This document shows positions 1 to 12,422 of a stretch of DNA of 64,000 nucleotides, piece by piece. Positions within the stretch are counted from its first letter, which is position 1; the number at the start of each line of letters is the position of its first letter. The notes under the pieces were generated by a model that had not been told where the DNA came from, did no database searches, and saw nothing but the letters and a program-made list of their open reading frames with translations. Both the position numbers and the translations under genes were made by a program. The DNA comes from Gammaproteobacteria bacterium (GTDB taxonomy: Bacteria > Pseudomonadota > Gammaproteobacteria > UBA4575), in the NCBI GenBank assembly GCA_965243395.1, contig CBDEUS010000002.1, positions 1,184,001 through 1,248,000 of the forward strand. The letters run 5' to 3'.

Positions 1-2
1 CC

Positions 3-362
3 TTAAATGGAGGTGATACAGGGGCATTGAATATTATTTACAATGAAATCTATGATCAATCTTCATCATTAGAAGCGGCTCAAGGAGAATGGATGTATAC
101 AGATCGAGACGAATTGACGACAAATATTTCAATTGATGAAAAAGGGACAATCGTAGGAGATGACTCTGACGGCTGTGCGTATATTGGTTACGTTGATATC
201 ATTAATCCTAATTACAATGTATATAAAATTAACATTGAAATAAAAGAGTGTGGTTCAACAAATGGGGTCTATGAAGGCGTTTCATTTTTTGCAGATGATG
301 TATTTAAACTACAGATTGCTAATCCGCAATACGCCTTATATTACGCTTTTGAGCGCAAGTAG
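3..362 (+). CDS. Hypothetical protein, 3' part of a gene that probably starts before the window
   Basis: The frame is open from position 3 to TAG at 360-362, so the listed TTG start at 27 is probably internal. No recognisable motif. Confidence 0.6.
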   Translation, partial: LNGGDTGALNIIYNEIYDQSSSLEAAQGEWMYTDRDELTTNISIDEKGTIVGDDSDGCAYIGYVDIINPNYNVYKINIEIKECGSTNGVYEGVSFFADDVFKLQIANPQYALYYAFERK

Positions 363-393
363 TTTTTAATATAAATAAATAATATTGTCAGCG

Positions 394-1290
394 ATGTCTG
401 TCGTTAAATATTACCCATTTAATGGCGCTCGCGGACGCTTACGTTTAGGCTTAAAGCAAATCAAGTTTTCAGAATGGCTACAATACGAATCTGATTATGC
501 AAACAGGATTGGGCAAAAAAAACAACTTAAACAAACAGAAGGTAAACGTGTTTTAAATGTATTGCCTGAAAGCATATCTGCTCAGACAGAGTTTTTAGAA
601 TTATTACTTGAGCATATTAATAAGTATCATTCAGATAATTTTAAAGTTTCAAAAGAATATGTATTTAGCAAGTTAGATAATATACGTTACTTGTATTCTG
701 ACTATGAAGCCTGCCCGCTTGAGCTCGCAAGCTATTTGGTTGGTGATGATGTTTGTCTATTGAATGAAGAAGATGGAGATTATAGGTTGGCAGCAGCATC
801 TGTGTGTGCTCCAACCTGGTGGGACTTGCCTGAAAAAATGGGTAAACCTCTTGCAAAAATTCATGCACCTATTGCTAATTTAGAAGAAAAAATAGGCCGG
901 ATGATTCGACATTTCCTGCAAAAGTTAACAGTTGAAGACTGTTATCAACGTTCTAATTGGTTTCTATTCACAAGTTCTGAATTCTGTATATTTCCAAATA
1001 GTTTTGATTTTTACTCAGAAATGACTGGAATCAATTTGGATAATATCGAAAAAAATTTGTTTTTACGCAGTGAACGACAAACGTTTCGTAGGTTATATAA
1101 CACGAAATACATTTCTTTTTGTATTAAGGTTTATTTAGAGCCAATCTCTATTGTAAAGAAATATCCTTCTATTGCTGAAGATCTAATAATTGCATTGAAT
1201 ACAATGAGTGCCGAGCAGAAAAATGACTTGGGAATTAGTTTTGTTGAAGAACCATTAAGAAGTTATTTAAATGTAGCGCTTAAGTCCTAA
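394..1290 (+). CDS. DUF3445 family protein (heme-dependent oxidative N-demethylase alpha-subunit-like)
   Basis: Motifs LAAASVCAPTWW..PEKMGKPL..IHAPI, QRSNW and LFLRSERQTFRRL are typical of DUF3445. ATG at 394; alternative TTG at 385. Confidence 0.75.
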   Translation: MSVVKYYPFNGARGRLRLGLKQIKFSEWLQYESDYANRIGQKKQLKQTEGKRVLNVLPESISAQTEFLELLLEHINKYHSDNFKVSKEYVFSKLDNIRYLYSDYEACPLELASYLVGDDVCLLNEEDGDYRLAAASVCAPTWWDLPEKMGKPLAKIHAPIANLEEKIGRMIRHFLQKLTVEDCYQRSNWFLFTSSEFCIFPNSFDFYSEMTGINLDNIEKNLFLRSERQTFRRLYNTKYISFCIKVYLEPISIVKKYPSIAEDLIIALNTMSAEQKNDLGISFVEEPLRSYLNVALKS

Positions 1291-1293
1291 GTA

Positions 1294-2625
1294 CTATATT
1301 GAATCACCTCGGCCAATTGCAAAATATTTCATTCCAAGTTGTTGCAATAGTTTTGGTTCATAAAGGTTTCGCCCATCAAAAATAACAGCGTTTGAGAGAG
1401 AAGATTTAATTTTATCAAAATTAGGGCTTCTAAATTCATTCCACTCAGTGATAATGACTAATGCATCTGCGGATTCTAATGTCTCTTCTTTTTCATCACA
1501 TAGGGTGAGTGCTGGGTGATCTCCATATATTCGTTTGCATTCATCCATGGCAACTGGATCATAAGCTTTAACTTTTGCGCCAGCTTCCCATAATGATTCC
1601 ATTAACACGCGGCTAGTAGCTTCCCGCATATCATCCGTGTTTGGTTTAAATGCTAATCCCCATAGTGCGATAACTTTATCTTTCAAGTCATTTTCAAAAT
1701 ATTTACTTATCTTGTTAAATAGAACATGTTTCTGATTTTGATTAACTTGGTCAACAGCTGATACTAAAGTTGATTCAATACCCGCTTCTTTAGCAATATG
1801 CTGCAAAGCGTTTACGTCTTTTGGAAAACAGGAGCCGCCATAGCCGCAACCCGGGTAAATAAATTGGTAACCAATACGCGGATCGGATCCAATACCTAGT
1901 CGTACTTCTTCAATATCTGCACCTAAACGTTCTGCAACATTTGCTAATTCATTCATAAAGCTGATTTTAGTGGCCAATAACGCATTTGCAGCATATTTGG
2001 TAAGTTCTGAAGATTCTGGTTCCATAATATGTAGGCGATCATGGCTACGGTTGAAAGGTGCATATAAAGCACGCATAAGTTCAGCAGTTCGCGGATTTTT
2101 AACACCGACAACAATACGGTCGGGTTTCATAAAGTCGTCAATTGCAGCACCTTCTTTCAGGAACTCTGGGTTAGAGACTACATCATATTCAATGGACTCA
2201 TTTCTTGTTTCTAATTCATTTTTAATTGCATCTGAGACTTTTCTTGCAGTTCCTACAGGTACAGTAGATTTATTAACAATGATTTTATATTCACTCATAC
2301 CTTGGCCGATGGTTTCGGCAACTTTCAGTACATGTTGTAAATCTGCAGAACCATCTTCATCGGGTGGAGTACCTACGGCAATAAATTGAAATAGGCCGTG
2401 CTCAATCCCTTCATTTGCATCCAATGTAAAATCAATACGTGTAGCTTCGACGTTTGATTGTATAAGTTCTTGTAAACCTGGTTCATGTATAGGAACGATA
2501 CACTGCTTTAGTTTCTCAATTCGTTCAGGGTCGATGTCCACGCAGAGTACATTGTTGCCGACTTGTGCCAGACATGCTGCTGTTACAAGGCCGACGTAAC
2601 CAGAGCCATATATTGTTATATTCAT
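1294..2625 (-). CDS. ugd: UDP-glucose 6-dehydrogenase
   Basis: GSGYVGL NAD-binding motif, NPEFLKEG, catalytic [23 protein letters not shown]. Confidence 0.95.
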   Translation of the reverse strand: MNITIYGSGYVGLVTAACLAQVGNNVLCVDIDPERIEKLKQCIVPIHEPGLQELIQSNVEATRIDFTLDANEGIEHGLFQFIAVGTPPDEDGSADLQHVLKVAETIGQGMSEYKIIVNKSTVPVGTARKVSDAIKNELETRNESIEYDVVSNPEFLKEGAAIDDFMKPDRIVVGVKNPRTAELMRALYAPFNRSHDRLHIMEPESSELTKYAANALLATKISFMNELANVAERLGADIEEVRLGIGSDPRIGYQFIYPGCGYGGSCFPKDVNALQHIAKEAGIESTLVSAVDQVNQNQKHVLFNKISKYFENDLKDKVIALWGLAFKPNTDDMREATSRVLMESLWEAGAKVKAYDPVAMDECKRIYGDHPALTLCDEKEETLESADALVIITEWNEFRSPNFDKIKSSLSNAVIFDGRNLYEPKLLQQLGMKYFAIGRGDSI

Positions 2626-2810
2626 ATAGGAAAATTAGTTTTAATTTGTATGTTTAAAGGTTAGATAAGTATTGTTATTCTAGGATTTCCGTGAACCAAT
2701 TGTTCGATACATCTAATACTCACTAACGTAATCGTTTTACGTGCATTTAACAATCGATTAAGGTACCAGCGTGTAATATTTGGGTTTGAACTATGCAGTC
2801 GGTCACAATA

Positions 2811-2840
2811 TTGACAGCTTGCAGAAGGGTCACGCACAAT
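2811..2840 (+). promoter_or_regulatory. Putative sigma70 promoter for the tRNA cluster
   Basis: TTGACA (2811-2816), 18-nt spacer, CACAAT (2835-2840), 10 nt upstream of tRNA-Tyr. Confidence 0.5.
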
Positions 2841-2850
2841 ATTTTATTCT

Positions 2851-2935
2851 GGAGGGGTGGCCGAGTGGTTAAAGGCGACGGACTGTAAATCCGTTCTCTC
2901 TGAGTACGCTGGTTCGAATCCAGCCCCCTCCACCA
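2851..2935 (+). tRNA. tRNA-Tyr(GTA)
   Basis: GGAGGGG/CCCCTCC acceptor stem, anticodon arm ACGGA-CT-GTA-AA-TCCGT, long variable arm, GGTTCGAATCC, encoded CCA. Confidence 0.97.
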
Positions 2936-2992
2936 GACATACGCATGACTATTTTGCGTGAACAAAGTATGACAAAGTCACGCCTTACAAGT

Positions 2993-3066
<74 letters not shown>

Positions 3067-3271
3067 TGCCTCACAAGCTCTTTACTATTTCAATTTATTT
3101 AGGTTTCTCCAAAACATATGTAGGACTATGTTTCATCTCATATGGAAATATTGGTTTAGCACGTGAAAATATCAAAAAGTATCTTCCAAAAAGTTAATCT
3201 GCCTCTATCACAATAGTAAATATAGCTGCATCAACTAATTTCTGCGTTTACAATGCGCCCAATATTTATTT

Positions 3272-3347
3272 GCCCACATAGCTCAGTTGGTAGAGCACAT
3301 CCATGGTAAGGATGAGGTCATCAGTTCGATCCTGATTGTGGGCTCCA
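3272..3347 (+). tRNA. tRNA-Thr(GGT)
   Basis: GCCCACA/TGTGGGC acceptor stem, anticodon arm CATCC-AT-GGT-AA-GGATG, GTTCGATCC, CCA end; canonical position before tuf. Confidence 0.97.
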
Positions 3348-3383
3348 CTAAAATTTTGCCAATTAGAATTGAGGTAAAAGAAA

Positions 3384-4574
<1,191 letters not shown>

Positions 4575-4725
4575 AGGTTAGATAAGTGGTTAAAAACTAT
4601 ACTGATTGTGATTTGGCCACTTATATTTAGGACTATCTCTTTTGAATAAGTAAAAATAGATTCTATCTAGGTTGAAAATCACGCTATAATTTCTTGTTTG
4701 GCGACTGCAAGGCATTGTCGGTTAA

Positions 4726-4801
4726 AGGCCAGTAGCTCAATTGGCAGAGCGGCGGTCTCCAAAACCGCAGGTTGGGGGTTCGATTCCCTCCTGGCCTGCC
4801 A
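4726..4801 (+). tRNA. tRNA-Trp(CCA)
   Basis: AGGCCAG/CTGGCCT acceptor stem, anticodon arm GCGGT-CT-CCA-AA-ACCGC, GGTTCGATTCC, CCA end; typical position before secE. Confidence 0.97.
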
Positions 4802-4859
4802 AGTTGTGTGAAATCAAAGCGAAATTCACGAGTAAGCTCTACACGTAAAATATTTAGAA

Positions 4860-5228
4860 ATGACTGGAAAAGCTGAAGCAACAACTGCAAGCGGCATGGA
4901 TGTCTTTAAGCTGATCATAGCTGCTGCGATAGTGCTGGTAGGGCTTGCAGGTTTTTATGTGTATGCAGACCAACCACTGCTATATCGTGTGTTGGGGATT
5001 GTTGCAGCAGTAATTATTGCTGCAATTATTGCATTTACTACTGAACGTGGTCGCTCACTGGCAAGTTTTATGCAGGATGCGCGTACAGAAGTACGCAAAA
5101 TGGTTTGGCCTACACGGGCTGAAACATTGCAAACAACTCTTGTAGTGTTTGTAGTGGTTTTGTTACTGGCCATCTTTTTATGGATTATAGACTGGATACT
5201 AACGCGATTAATTCAATACGTAATTTGA
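4860..5228 (+). CDS. secE: Preprotein translocase subunit SecE
   Basis: Three TM segments, [13 protein letters not shown] motif, synteny. Confidence 0.95.
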   Translation: MTGKAEATTASGMDVFKLIIAAAIVLVGLAGFYVYADQPLLYRVLGIVAAVIIAAIIAFTTERGRSLASFMQDARTEVRKMVWPTRAETLQTTLVVFVVVLLLAIFLWIIDWILTRLIQYVI

Positions 5229-5241
5229 TAAGAGTTTATTG

Positions 5242-5775
5242 ATGTCTATGCAATGGTATGTAGTGCATGCGTACTCTGGTTTTGAAAACCAAGTGCAACG
5301 CTCGTTAGCTGAAAGAATTGAGCGTTTTGGTATGCAAGAAAAGTTTGGTGAAATTATGGTGCCAGTTGAGGAAGTTGTAGAAATGCGAGAAGGCCAGAAA
5401 CGTCGCAGTGAACGAAAATTTTTTCCTGGTTACGTTTTAGTGAAAATGGAAATGGATGATGATAGCTGGCATTTAGTAAAAGATTGTCCAAAAGTTTTAG
5501 GGTTTATTGGCGGTTCATCAGACAAACCAGCGCCAATAAGTGAAGCTGAAGCGCAAAATATATTACAACGCATGCAAGAAGGTGTGGATGCGCCTAAACC
5601 TAAAGTCTTGTTTGAGCCTGGTGAAGTCGTACGCGTAACTGATGGGCCATTTAATGACTTTAATGGTGTAGTTGAAGAAGTTAACTATGAAAAGAGTCGC
5701 ATGCTTGTCGCAGTGCAAATATTTGGTCGATCAACACCGGTAGAACTTGAGTTTGGTCAGGTAGAGAAAGGCTAA
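5242..5775 (+). CDS. nusG: Transcription termination/antitermination factor NusG
   Basis: [24 protein letters not shown] motif DGPFNDFNG. Start ambiguous (5239, 5242 or 5248). Confidence 0.97.
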   Translation: MSMQWYVVHAYSGFENQVQRSLAERIERFGMQEKFGEIMVPVEEVVEMREGQKRRSERKFFPGYVLVKMEMDDDSWHLVKDCPKVLGFIGGSSDKPAPISEAEAQNILQRMQEGVDAPKPKVLFEPGEVVRVTDGPFNDFNGVVEEVNYEKSRMLVAVQIFGRSTPVELEFGQVEKG

Positions 5776-5820
5776 AAATAATATATATAGATAAGAGTTG
5801 AATAGATAAAAGAGTAAAAA

Positions 5821-6252
5821 ATGGCAAAGAAAGTTGACGCATATATAAAGTTGCAAGTTCCTGCAAGTGATGCGAATCCGAGCCCACCTGTTGGTCCGGC
5901 TCTGGGCCAGCATGGCGTAAACATCATGGAATTTTGCAAAGCGTTTAATGCACAAACACAAAACTTAGAAAAAGGTATGCCTGTTCCTGTTGTTATTACT
6001 GTTTATAACGACAAGAGTTTTACTTTTATTACTAAAACCCCTCCTGCATCTATTTTGTTAAAGAAAGCTGCAGGTTTAAGCAAAGGTAGTGGTCGGCCTA
6101 ATACTGAGAAGGTTGGTAAAGTAAACCGTGCACAACTTGAAGAGATTGCTAAAACCAAAATGCCTGATATCACAGCAGCAGATATGGATGCGGCAGTACG
6201 CACGATTGCTGGAAGCGCACGTAGCATGGGTTTAGAAGTAGAAGGAGTTTAG
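5821..6252 (+). CDS. rplK: 50S ribosomal protein L11
   Basis: [26 protein letters not shown]. Confidence 0.99.
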   Translation: MAKKVDAYIKLQVPASDANPSPPVGPALGQHGVNIMEFCKAFNAQTQNLEKGMPVPVVITVYNDKSFTFITKTPPASILLKKAAGLSKGSGRPNTEKVGKVNRAQLEEIAKTKMPDITAADMDAAVRTIAGSARSMGLEVEGV

Positions 6253-6255
6253 ATA

Positions 6256-6948
6256 ATGGCTAAAGCGGGTAAAAATTATCGTGCTGCACTTGAAAAAGTT
6301 GATGCAGAAAAAGCTTATGCTCCTGTAGATGGAATTAACTTAGTAAAGGAATGTGCATCCGCAAAATTTAATGAATCTGTAGATGTATCGATTAACCTTG
6401 GCGTAGATCCAAGAAAGTCTGATCAAGTAGTCAGAGGTTCTACCGTATTGCCAAATGGTACCGGTAAAGATGTTCGAGTAGCTGTGTTTGCTGAAGGTGA
6501 TCAAGCTGAGGCTGCGAAAGCTGCGGGTGCTGATTTAGTTGGGCTAGAGGATTTGGCTGATCAAGTTAAAAAAGGTGAAATGGATTTTGATATTGCAATT
6601 GCTGCACCTGATGCAATGCGTGTAGTCGGTCAGTTAGGACAGATACTAGGCCCTAGAGGATTAATGCCAAATCCCAAAGTTGGAACGGTGTCTGCTGATG
6701 TGGCAGGTGCGGTAAAAAATGCTAAAGCTGGGCAAGTACAGTTTAAAACAGACAAAGGCGGTATCGTACATTGCTCAATTGGCAGTGTGCAGTTTGATGC
6801 ACCAAAGCTAGAAGAGAATTTAAAAGCACTCGTTGCAGATTTGGTTAAAGCTAAACCATCTTCAGCTAAAGGTGTTTATATAAAAAAGGTAACTGTTTCC
6901 TCAACCATGGGTGTTGGGGTTAATTTAGACCAATCAGCTTTAGTGTAA
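6256..6948 (+). CDS. rplA: 50S ribosomal protein L1
   Basis: [29 protein letters not shown]. Confidence 0.99.
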   Translation: MAKAGKNYRAALEKVDAEKAYAPVDGINLVKECASAKFNESVDVSINLGVDPRKSDQVVRGSTVLPNGTGKDVRVAVFAEGDQAEAAKAAGADLVGLEDLADQVKKGEMDFDIAIAAPDAMRVVGQLGQILGPRGLMPNPKVGTVSADVAGAVKNAKAGQVQFKTDKGGIVHCSIGSVQFDAPKLEENLKALVADLVKAKPSSAKGVYIKKVTVSSTMGVGVNLDQSALV

Positions 6949-7007
6949 AAACTACTGATTAGTTTTATAAGAATTGGGTGTTGTTTAAATAGTATTATTT
7001 AAATAAC

Positions 7008-7080
7008 TGTCCAAGACCGTAGGTGCAACTTTTTAAAGGAGTTGCTTAATGAGAGAACTTAGCCTACGTAGACTGTGTAT
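7008..7080 (+). promoter_or_regulatory. L10 leader (rplJL autoregulatory RNA element)
   Basis: CCAAGACCGTAGGTG...TTAAT...CCTACGTAGAC core with an internal GCAACT/AGTTGC stem, in the rplA-rplJ spacer. Confidence 0.8.
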
Positions 7081-7211
7081 CCCAAATCAGGATCTTGTAC
7101 ATGATTTTCCTGGGTTGGTTGCACTTTAAGGGGAATGTATAAAAATTTTAATTTTTATGCATTCGTGTTTTTAAACACCTTGTGTGTATTGTTAACTCAG
7201 AGGACCCAATT

Positions 7212-7742
7212 GTGGCCTTACAACTTGAACAAAAGAAAACAATTGTTTCTGAAGTTTCGCAAGTTGCTGCAAATGCGCACTCTGCTATTGCAGCAGAGTA
7301 TCGTGGATTAACTGTAAGTGAGCTTACTGAATTACGTGCTAAAGCGCGTGAGACAGGGGTTTACTTAAAAGTTGTTAAAAATACATTAGCGAAACGTGCT
7401 TTAGAAGGCACGCCATATGAATGTATGCGTGATGGACTGGTTGGTCCACTTATGCTGGCGTTTTCGCAAGAAGATCCAGGCTCAGCCGCAAGACTTGTTA
7501 AGAACTTTGCAAAAGAAAACGATTTACTTGCAGTAAAAATGATCTCCATTGGTGGAGAGTTATTTGATGCTTCCGAATTAAGCAAGCTATCTAGCTTGCC
7601 TACTAAAGAACAAGGCATCAGCTTACTTATGGCAGTGATGAAAGCACCGATTGAAAAATTTGTGCGCACACTTAATGAACCTCATGCAAAACTGGTTCGT
7701 ACGATTGCTGCCGTCAGAGATCAAAAGCAGGCTGCGGGATAA
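7212..7742 (+). CDS. rplJ: 50S ribosomal protein L10
   Basis: GTG start after GAGGA SD; EYRGLTV, VVKNTLAKRA. Confidence 0.97.
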   Translation: MALQLEQKKTIVSEVSQVAANAHSAIAAEYRGLTVSELTELRAKARETGVYLKVVKNTLAKRALEGTPYECMRDGLVGPLMLAFSQEDPGSAARLVKNFAKENDLLAVKMISIGGELFDASELSKLSSLPTKEQGISLLMAVMKAPIEKFVRTLNEPHAKLVRTIAAVRDQKQAAG

Positions 7743-7801
7743 AAATTAGTTTAATTTTAATGTTACAAAATTGGGAATTTATTTTTAATTAGGAGTGAAA
7801 A

Positions 7802-8182
7802 ATGGCTGTTTCAAAAGAAGACATCCTTGAGACCATCTCGGAAATGAGTGTAATGGAAGTAGTGGATTTAATTTCTGCTATGGAAGAAAAATTTGGTGTG
7901 TCTGCTGCAGCAGCAGTAGCAGCAGCGCCTGCCGCTGCAGGAGATGCAGGTGGTGAAGCCGCAGCTGAGAAAGATGAATTTGATGTTGTAATGAGCAGTT
8001 TTGGTAGTAACAAAGTTGCTGTTATTAAAGTAGTTCGAGCGGTTACCGGACTTGGCTTGAAAGAAGCTAAGGAAATGGTTGAAGGAGCTCCTTCAACGAT
8101 CAAGGAAGCTGCAGCTAAAGACGAAGCAGAAGATATTAAGAAGCAATTGGAAGAAGCAGGCGCAGCCGTAGAGCTCAAGTAG
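7802..8182 (+). CDS. rplL: 50S ribosomal protein L7/L12
   Basis: [10 protein letters not shown], Ala-rich hinge, GLGLKEAK. Confidence 0.99.
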   Translation: MAVSKEDILETISEMSVMEVVDLISAMEEKFGVSAAAAVAAAPAAAGDAGGEAAAEKDEFDVVMSSFGSNKVAVIKVVRAVTGLGLKEAKEMVEGAPSTIKEAAAKDEAEDIKKQLEEAGAAVELK

Positions 8183-8208
8183 TTGCTACAAGCGTTGACA
8201 TTTAACTT

Positions 8209-8244
8209 AACCAAACAACGCATCTCTGCGTTGAGTGGTTCTTT
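8209..8244 (+). terminator. Possible rplL-rpoB attenuator hairpin
   Basis: AACCA..CAACGCA-TCTC-TGCGTTG..TGGTT followed by a short T run; same position as the E. coli rpoB attenuator. Confidence 0.4.
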
Positions 8245-8285
8245 GTGCATTTTGACATCTACTTTTATTACCGTGGAGTAATTTC

Positions 8286-11200
8286 ATGGCGTATAGCTAC
8301 ACCGAAAAGAAAAGAATTCGTAAAGATTTTGGTAAACGTCCAGAAATCTTAGGCGTTCCCTTCATGTTGCAAATTCAGTTGGCGTCTTATCGTCGATTTT
8401 TGCAAGAGGATGTTTCAGCAGATGATCGAGAAACGTCTGGTTTGCATGGCGCATTTAATTCCATTTTTCCAATCATTAGTTACTCAGGTAATGTTGAGTT
8501 GCAATATGTAAGTTACCGCTTAGAGCAACCTCCTTTCGAGGTTAAAGAATGTCAGTTACGTGGTCTTACGTATCATGCGCCGTTGAAAGTCTTATTGCGT
8601 TTAGTTATTTATGATAAAGACGCACCGGCAGGCTCTAAAAAAGTTAAAGATGTAAAAGAGCAAGAAGTTTATATGGGTGAATTGCCACTCATGACTGATA
8701 CGGGTGCATTTGTAATAAATGGAACTGAACGGGTTATTGTTTCGCAATTACATCGTTCTCCAGGTGTATTTTTCGATCACGATAAAGGTAAAACTCACTC
8801 ATCCGGTAAGTTATTGTACTCAGCAAGAGTGATTCCTTATCGTGGTTCTTGGTTGGATTTCGAATTTGATCATAAAGATTGTTTGTTTGTACGTATTGAC
8901 CGTCGTAGAAAATTACCTGCTTCGATTCTACTGCGCGCGCTTGGTTTTAGTACTGAAGAAATTCTTTCTATGTTTTTTGAAACCAATACAGTACGTATTA
9001 CCGATAGCGGTTTTATTCTAGATTTGATTCCAGAACGTTTGCGCGGTGAGATTGCGCCTTTTGAAATTAAAACTGGTGGGAAAACTATTGTTGAGGCAGG
9101 ACGCCGTATAACGGTGCGTCACGTTCGACAAATAGAAAAAGCGGGCATCAAAACTTTAGAAGTTCCTGTTGAATATCTACTTAATAAGTTTTTAGCAAAA
9201 GATTTAATAGACACAGAAACAGGTGAGTTAGTTTGTAAAGCAAATGATGAACTTACAGAAGAAAATATTGAAAAAATCTTAGAATCATCTGTAGAAGTGC
9301 TCGAATTGTTGTACACCAACGATATTGACAGAGGGCCTTATATATCTTCGACGTTGTCAATTGATCCTTCTACCAATGAATTGGAAGCGATGGTTGAGAT
9401 TTATCGCATGATGCGTCCAGGTGAACCACCAACAAAAGAAGCCGCTCAGAATTTATTCCAAAATTTATTCTTCACGCCTGAACGTTATGATTTATCTCCG
9501 GTTGGACGTATGAAATTTAACCGTCGAGTTGGTCGAGAAGAAAAAACCGGCTCGGGAATATTAAGCAATGATGACATTCTTGATGTCATGAAAACGCTTA
9601 TCGATATTCGCAATGGTAATGGCATCGTTGATGACATTGATCACTTAGGTAATCGACGTGTTCGCTGTGTGGGTGAAATGGCAGAAAATGCATTCCGCGT
9701 TGGCCTAGTACGTGTAGAACGTGCAGTTAAAGAGCGCTTAACCCTGGCAGAGTCTGAAGGATTAATGCCTCAAGAAATGATCAATGCAAAACCTGTTGCA
9801 GCGGCAATCAAAGAGTTTTTTGGTTCGAGTCAGTTGTCGCAATTTATGGATCAAAATAACCCATTGTCAGAGATCACTCATAAGAGACGAATTTCGGCAT
9901 TAGGGCCAGGTGGGTTAACTCGTGAACGTGCGGGCTTTGAAGTGCGCGATGTACATCCGACTCACTACGGTCGAGTTTGTCCTATCGAAACTCCTGAAGG
10001 ACCAAACATTGGTCTTATCAATTCACTCGCGATATTTGCGCGTACCAATGATTATGGCTTTTTAGAAACTCCTTATCGAAAAGTTGTAGATGGGAAAGTT
10101 ACTGATCAAATCGAATATCTTTCTGCGATTGAAGAAAGTCAGTTCACTATTGCGCAAGCAAACGCACCGTTAGACTCGAATGGGAAGTTTATTAATGAAT
10201 TAGTTTCTGTAAGACATCTAAATGAGTTTTCGATGGCTCCTTCGGAAAAAGTTGAATATATGGATGTGTCGCCTAAGCAAATTGTTTCGGTAGCGGCAGC
10301 TTTAATCCCATTCTTAGAACACGATGATGCAAACCGGGCGTTAATGGGTTCCAATATGCAACGTCAGGCCGTACCTACTTTACGTGCAGAAAAACCTTTA
10401 GTCGGAACCGGAATTGAAAGGGCTGTGGCCATTGATTCTGGTGCTGCATTAGTCTCACACCGTGGTGGTGTTGTGGATACTGTAGACGCGGGTCGAATCG
10501 TAGTTCGAGTGGATGATAAAGAAACTGAAGCCGGTGAACCGGGTGTCGATATTTATAATCTGACCAAATACATCCGTTCTAATCAAAACACCTGTATTAA
10601 TCAAAAACCACTGGTACGTCCCGGAGATGTAATTGCTCGCGGTGATGTATTAGCTGATGGGCCTTCGACTGATTTAGGTGAATTAGCTTTAGGTCAAAAT
10701 GCATTAGTCGCGTTTATGCCATGGAATGGTTATAACTTTGAGGACTCAATTCTTATTTCTGAGCGTGTTGTAGAAGAAGATCGTTTTACTACTATTCATA
10801 TTGAAGAACTTAGTTGTATTGCGCGTGACACAAAACTTGGTTCTGAGGAAGTTACTGCTGATATTCCTAACGTAAGTGAAAACTTGTTAGCCAAACTGGA
10901 TGATTCCGGAATTGTATATGTAGGTGCTGAAGTAAAACCTAGCGATATCCTAGTTGGTAAAGTTACCCCTAAAGGCGAAACACAACTTACACCTGAAGAA
11001 AAACTTCTTCGCGCAATCTTTGGTGAGAAAGCTTCTGATGTAAAAGATACTTCTTTACGTGTGCCATCTGGAATGGAGGGTACTGTAATTGATGTGCGTG
11101 TATTTACACGAGATGGAGTTGAAAAGGACAAACGTGCACTACAAATTGAAGAGGCTGAAGTAGAGCAAGTACGTAAAGACTTGAATGACCAGCTTCGTAT

Positions 11201-12368
11201 TTATGAAGACGATATCTATGCACGTATTGAACGCTTAATTACTAACAAAGTTACTAATGGTGGTCCCGATGGTTTGTCATCTGGTTCTAAGGTAACGAAA
11301 GCATATTTAGATAGTCTTGATCGCGAACGTTGGTTTGAAATTCGCATGCAAAATGAAGATGTGAATTCTCAACTCGAAAAACTTTCACAACAATTGAAAG
11401 ATCAACGTGAATCTTTTGATCAACGTTTATTAGAGAAGAAGGAAAAAATTACAGCTGGTGATGATTTAGCACCAGGTGTGCTTAAGATGGTCAAGGTTTA
11501 CTTAGCTGTCAAGCGCCGCATGCAGCCAGGTGACAAGATGGCAGGACGTCATGGAAACAAAGGTGTTGTGTCTATGATTGTGCCTGTAGAAGACATGCCA
11601 CATATGGAAGATGGGACGCCAGTAGATATCGTATTAAATCCATTAGGTGTGCCTTCGCGTATGAATGTAGGGCAAGTGCTTGAAGTACATTTAGGTTGGG
11701 CTGCTAAAGGCTTGGGTTTAAAAATTGACGGCATGTTGAATAAAGACGGAAGTGTGCAAGAGCTTCGCTCGTTTTTGGATGAACTTTATAACAAAGATGA
11801 AGGTATCTCCGTTGATCTCAATGAGTTTAATGACGATGAAATCCTGAACATGTCAAATAACTTGCGTAACGGTGTGCCAATGGCGACTCCAGTATTTGAT
11901 GGTGCACAAGAGTCAGAGATAAAGCGCATGTTAAAACTTGCTGATTTACCAGAAGATGGTCAAACACAGTTATGGGACGGCCGCACGGGTGATTCCTTTG
12001 AGCGAAAAGTAACCGTAGGTTATATGCATATGTTGAAACTCAATCATCTTGTTGATGACAAGATGCATGCGCGTTCAACAGGACCTTACAGTCTTGTTAC
12101 ACAGCAGCCTCTCGGTGGAAAAGCTCAGTTTGGTGGTCAGCGGTTTGGTGAAATGGAAGTGTGGGCACTTGAGGCCTACGGTGCATCTTATACATTGCAA
12201 GAAATGCTTACCGTTAAATCCGACGATGTAACCGGACGTAACAAGATGTACAAGAACATTGTTGATGGTAACCACAGTATGGATGCCGGCATGCCCGAGT
12301 CATTTAACGTTTTGATGAAAGAGATTCGTTCGTTAGGACTAAACATAGACTTTGAGCAGGAAACTTAA
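8286..12368 (+). CDS. rpoB: RNA polymerase beta subunit
   Basis: [43 protein letters not shown]. Confidence 0.99.
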   Translation: MAYSYTEKKRIRKDFGKRPEILGVPFMLQIQLASYRRFLQEDVSADDRETSGLHGAFNSIFPIISYSGNVELQYVSYRLEQPPFEVKECQLRGLTYHAPLKVLLRLVIYDKDAPAGSKKVKDVKEQEVYMGELPLMTDTGAFVINGTERVIVSQLHRSPGVFFDHDKGKTHSSGKLLYSARVIPYRGSWLDFEFDHKDCLFVRIDRRRKLPASILLRALGFSTEEILSMFFETNTVRITDSGFILDLIPERLRGEIAPFEIKTGGKTIVEAGRRITVRHVRQIEKAGIKTLEVPVEYLLNKFLAKDLIDTETGELVCKANDELTEENIEKILESSVEVLELLYTNDIDRGPYISSTLSIDPSTNELEAMVEIYRMMRPGEPPTKEAAQNLFQNLFFTPERYDLSPVGRMKFNRRVGREEKTGSGILSNDDILDVMKTLIDIRNGNGIVDDIDHLGNRRVRCVGEMAENAFRVGLVRVERAVKERLTLAESEGLMPQEMINAKPVAAAIKEFFGSSQLSQFMDQNNPLSEITHKRRISALGPGGLTRERAGFEVRDVHPTHYGRVCPIETPEGPNIGLINSLAIFARTNDYGFLETPYRKVVDGKVTDQIEYLSAIEESQFTIAQANAPLDSNGKFINELVSVRHLNEFSMAPSEKVEYMDVSPKQIVSVAAALIPFLEHDDANRALMGSNMQRQAVPTLRAEKPLVGTGIERAVAIDSGAALVSHRGGVVDTVDAGRIVVRVDDKETEAGEPGVDIYNLTKYIRSNQNTCINQKPLVRPGDVIARGDVLADGPSTDLGELALGQNALVAFMPWNGYNFEDSILISERVVEEDRFTTIHIEELSCIARDTKLGSEEVTADIPNVSENLLAKLDDSGIVYVGAEVKPSDILVGKVTPKGETQLTPEEKLLRAIFGEKASDVKDTSLRVPSGMEGTVIDVRVFTRDGVEKDKRALQIEEAEVEQVRKDLNDQLRIYEDDIYARIERLITNKVTNGGPDGLSSGSKVTKAYLDSLDRERWFEIRMQNEDVNSQLEKLSQQLKDQRESFDQRLLEKKEKITAGDDLAPGVLKMVKVYLAVKRRMQPGDKMAGRHGNKGVVSMIVPVEDMPHMEDGTPVDIVLNPLGVPSRMNVGQVLEVHLGWAAKGLGLKIDGMLNKDGSVQELRSFLDELYNKDEGISVDLNEFNDDEILNMSNNLRNGVPMATPVFDGAQESEIKRMLKLADLPEDGQTQLWDGRTGDSFERKVTVGYMHMLKLNHLVDDKMHARSTGPYSLVTQQPLGGKAQFGGQRFGEMEVWALEAYGASYTLQEMLTVKSDDVTGRNKMYKNIVDGNHSMDAGMPESFNVLMKEIRSLGLNIDFEQET

Positions 12369-12422
12369 AGACCTTAAAGAATATTACTTATTGCAAATGT
12401 AATCAGTTGAACTGGAGACATA

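Noticed and set aside
9810-9920. Rifampicin-resistance alleles in rpoB (and streptomycin alleles in rpsL)
   Set aside because: The RRDR ([25 protein letters not shown]) and the S12 PKKPNS and RVKDLP motifs appear wild type.
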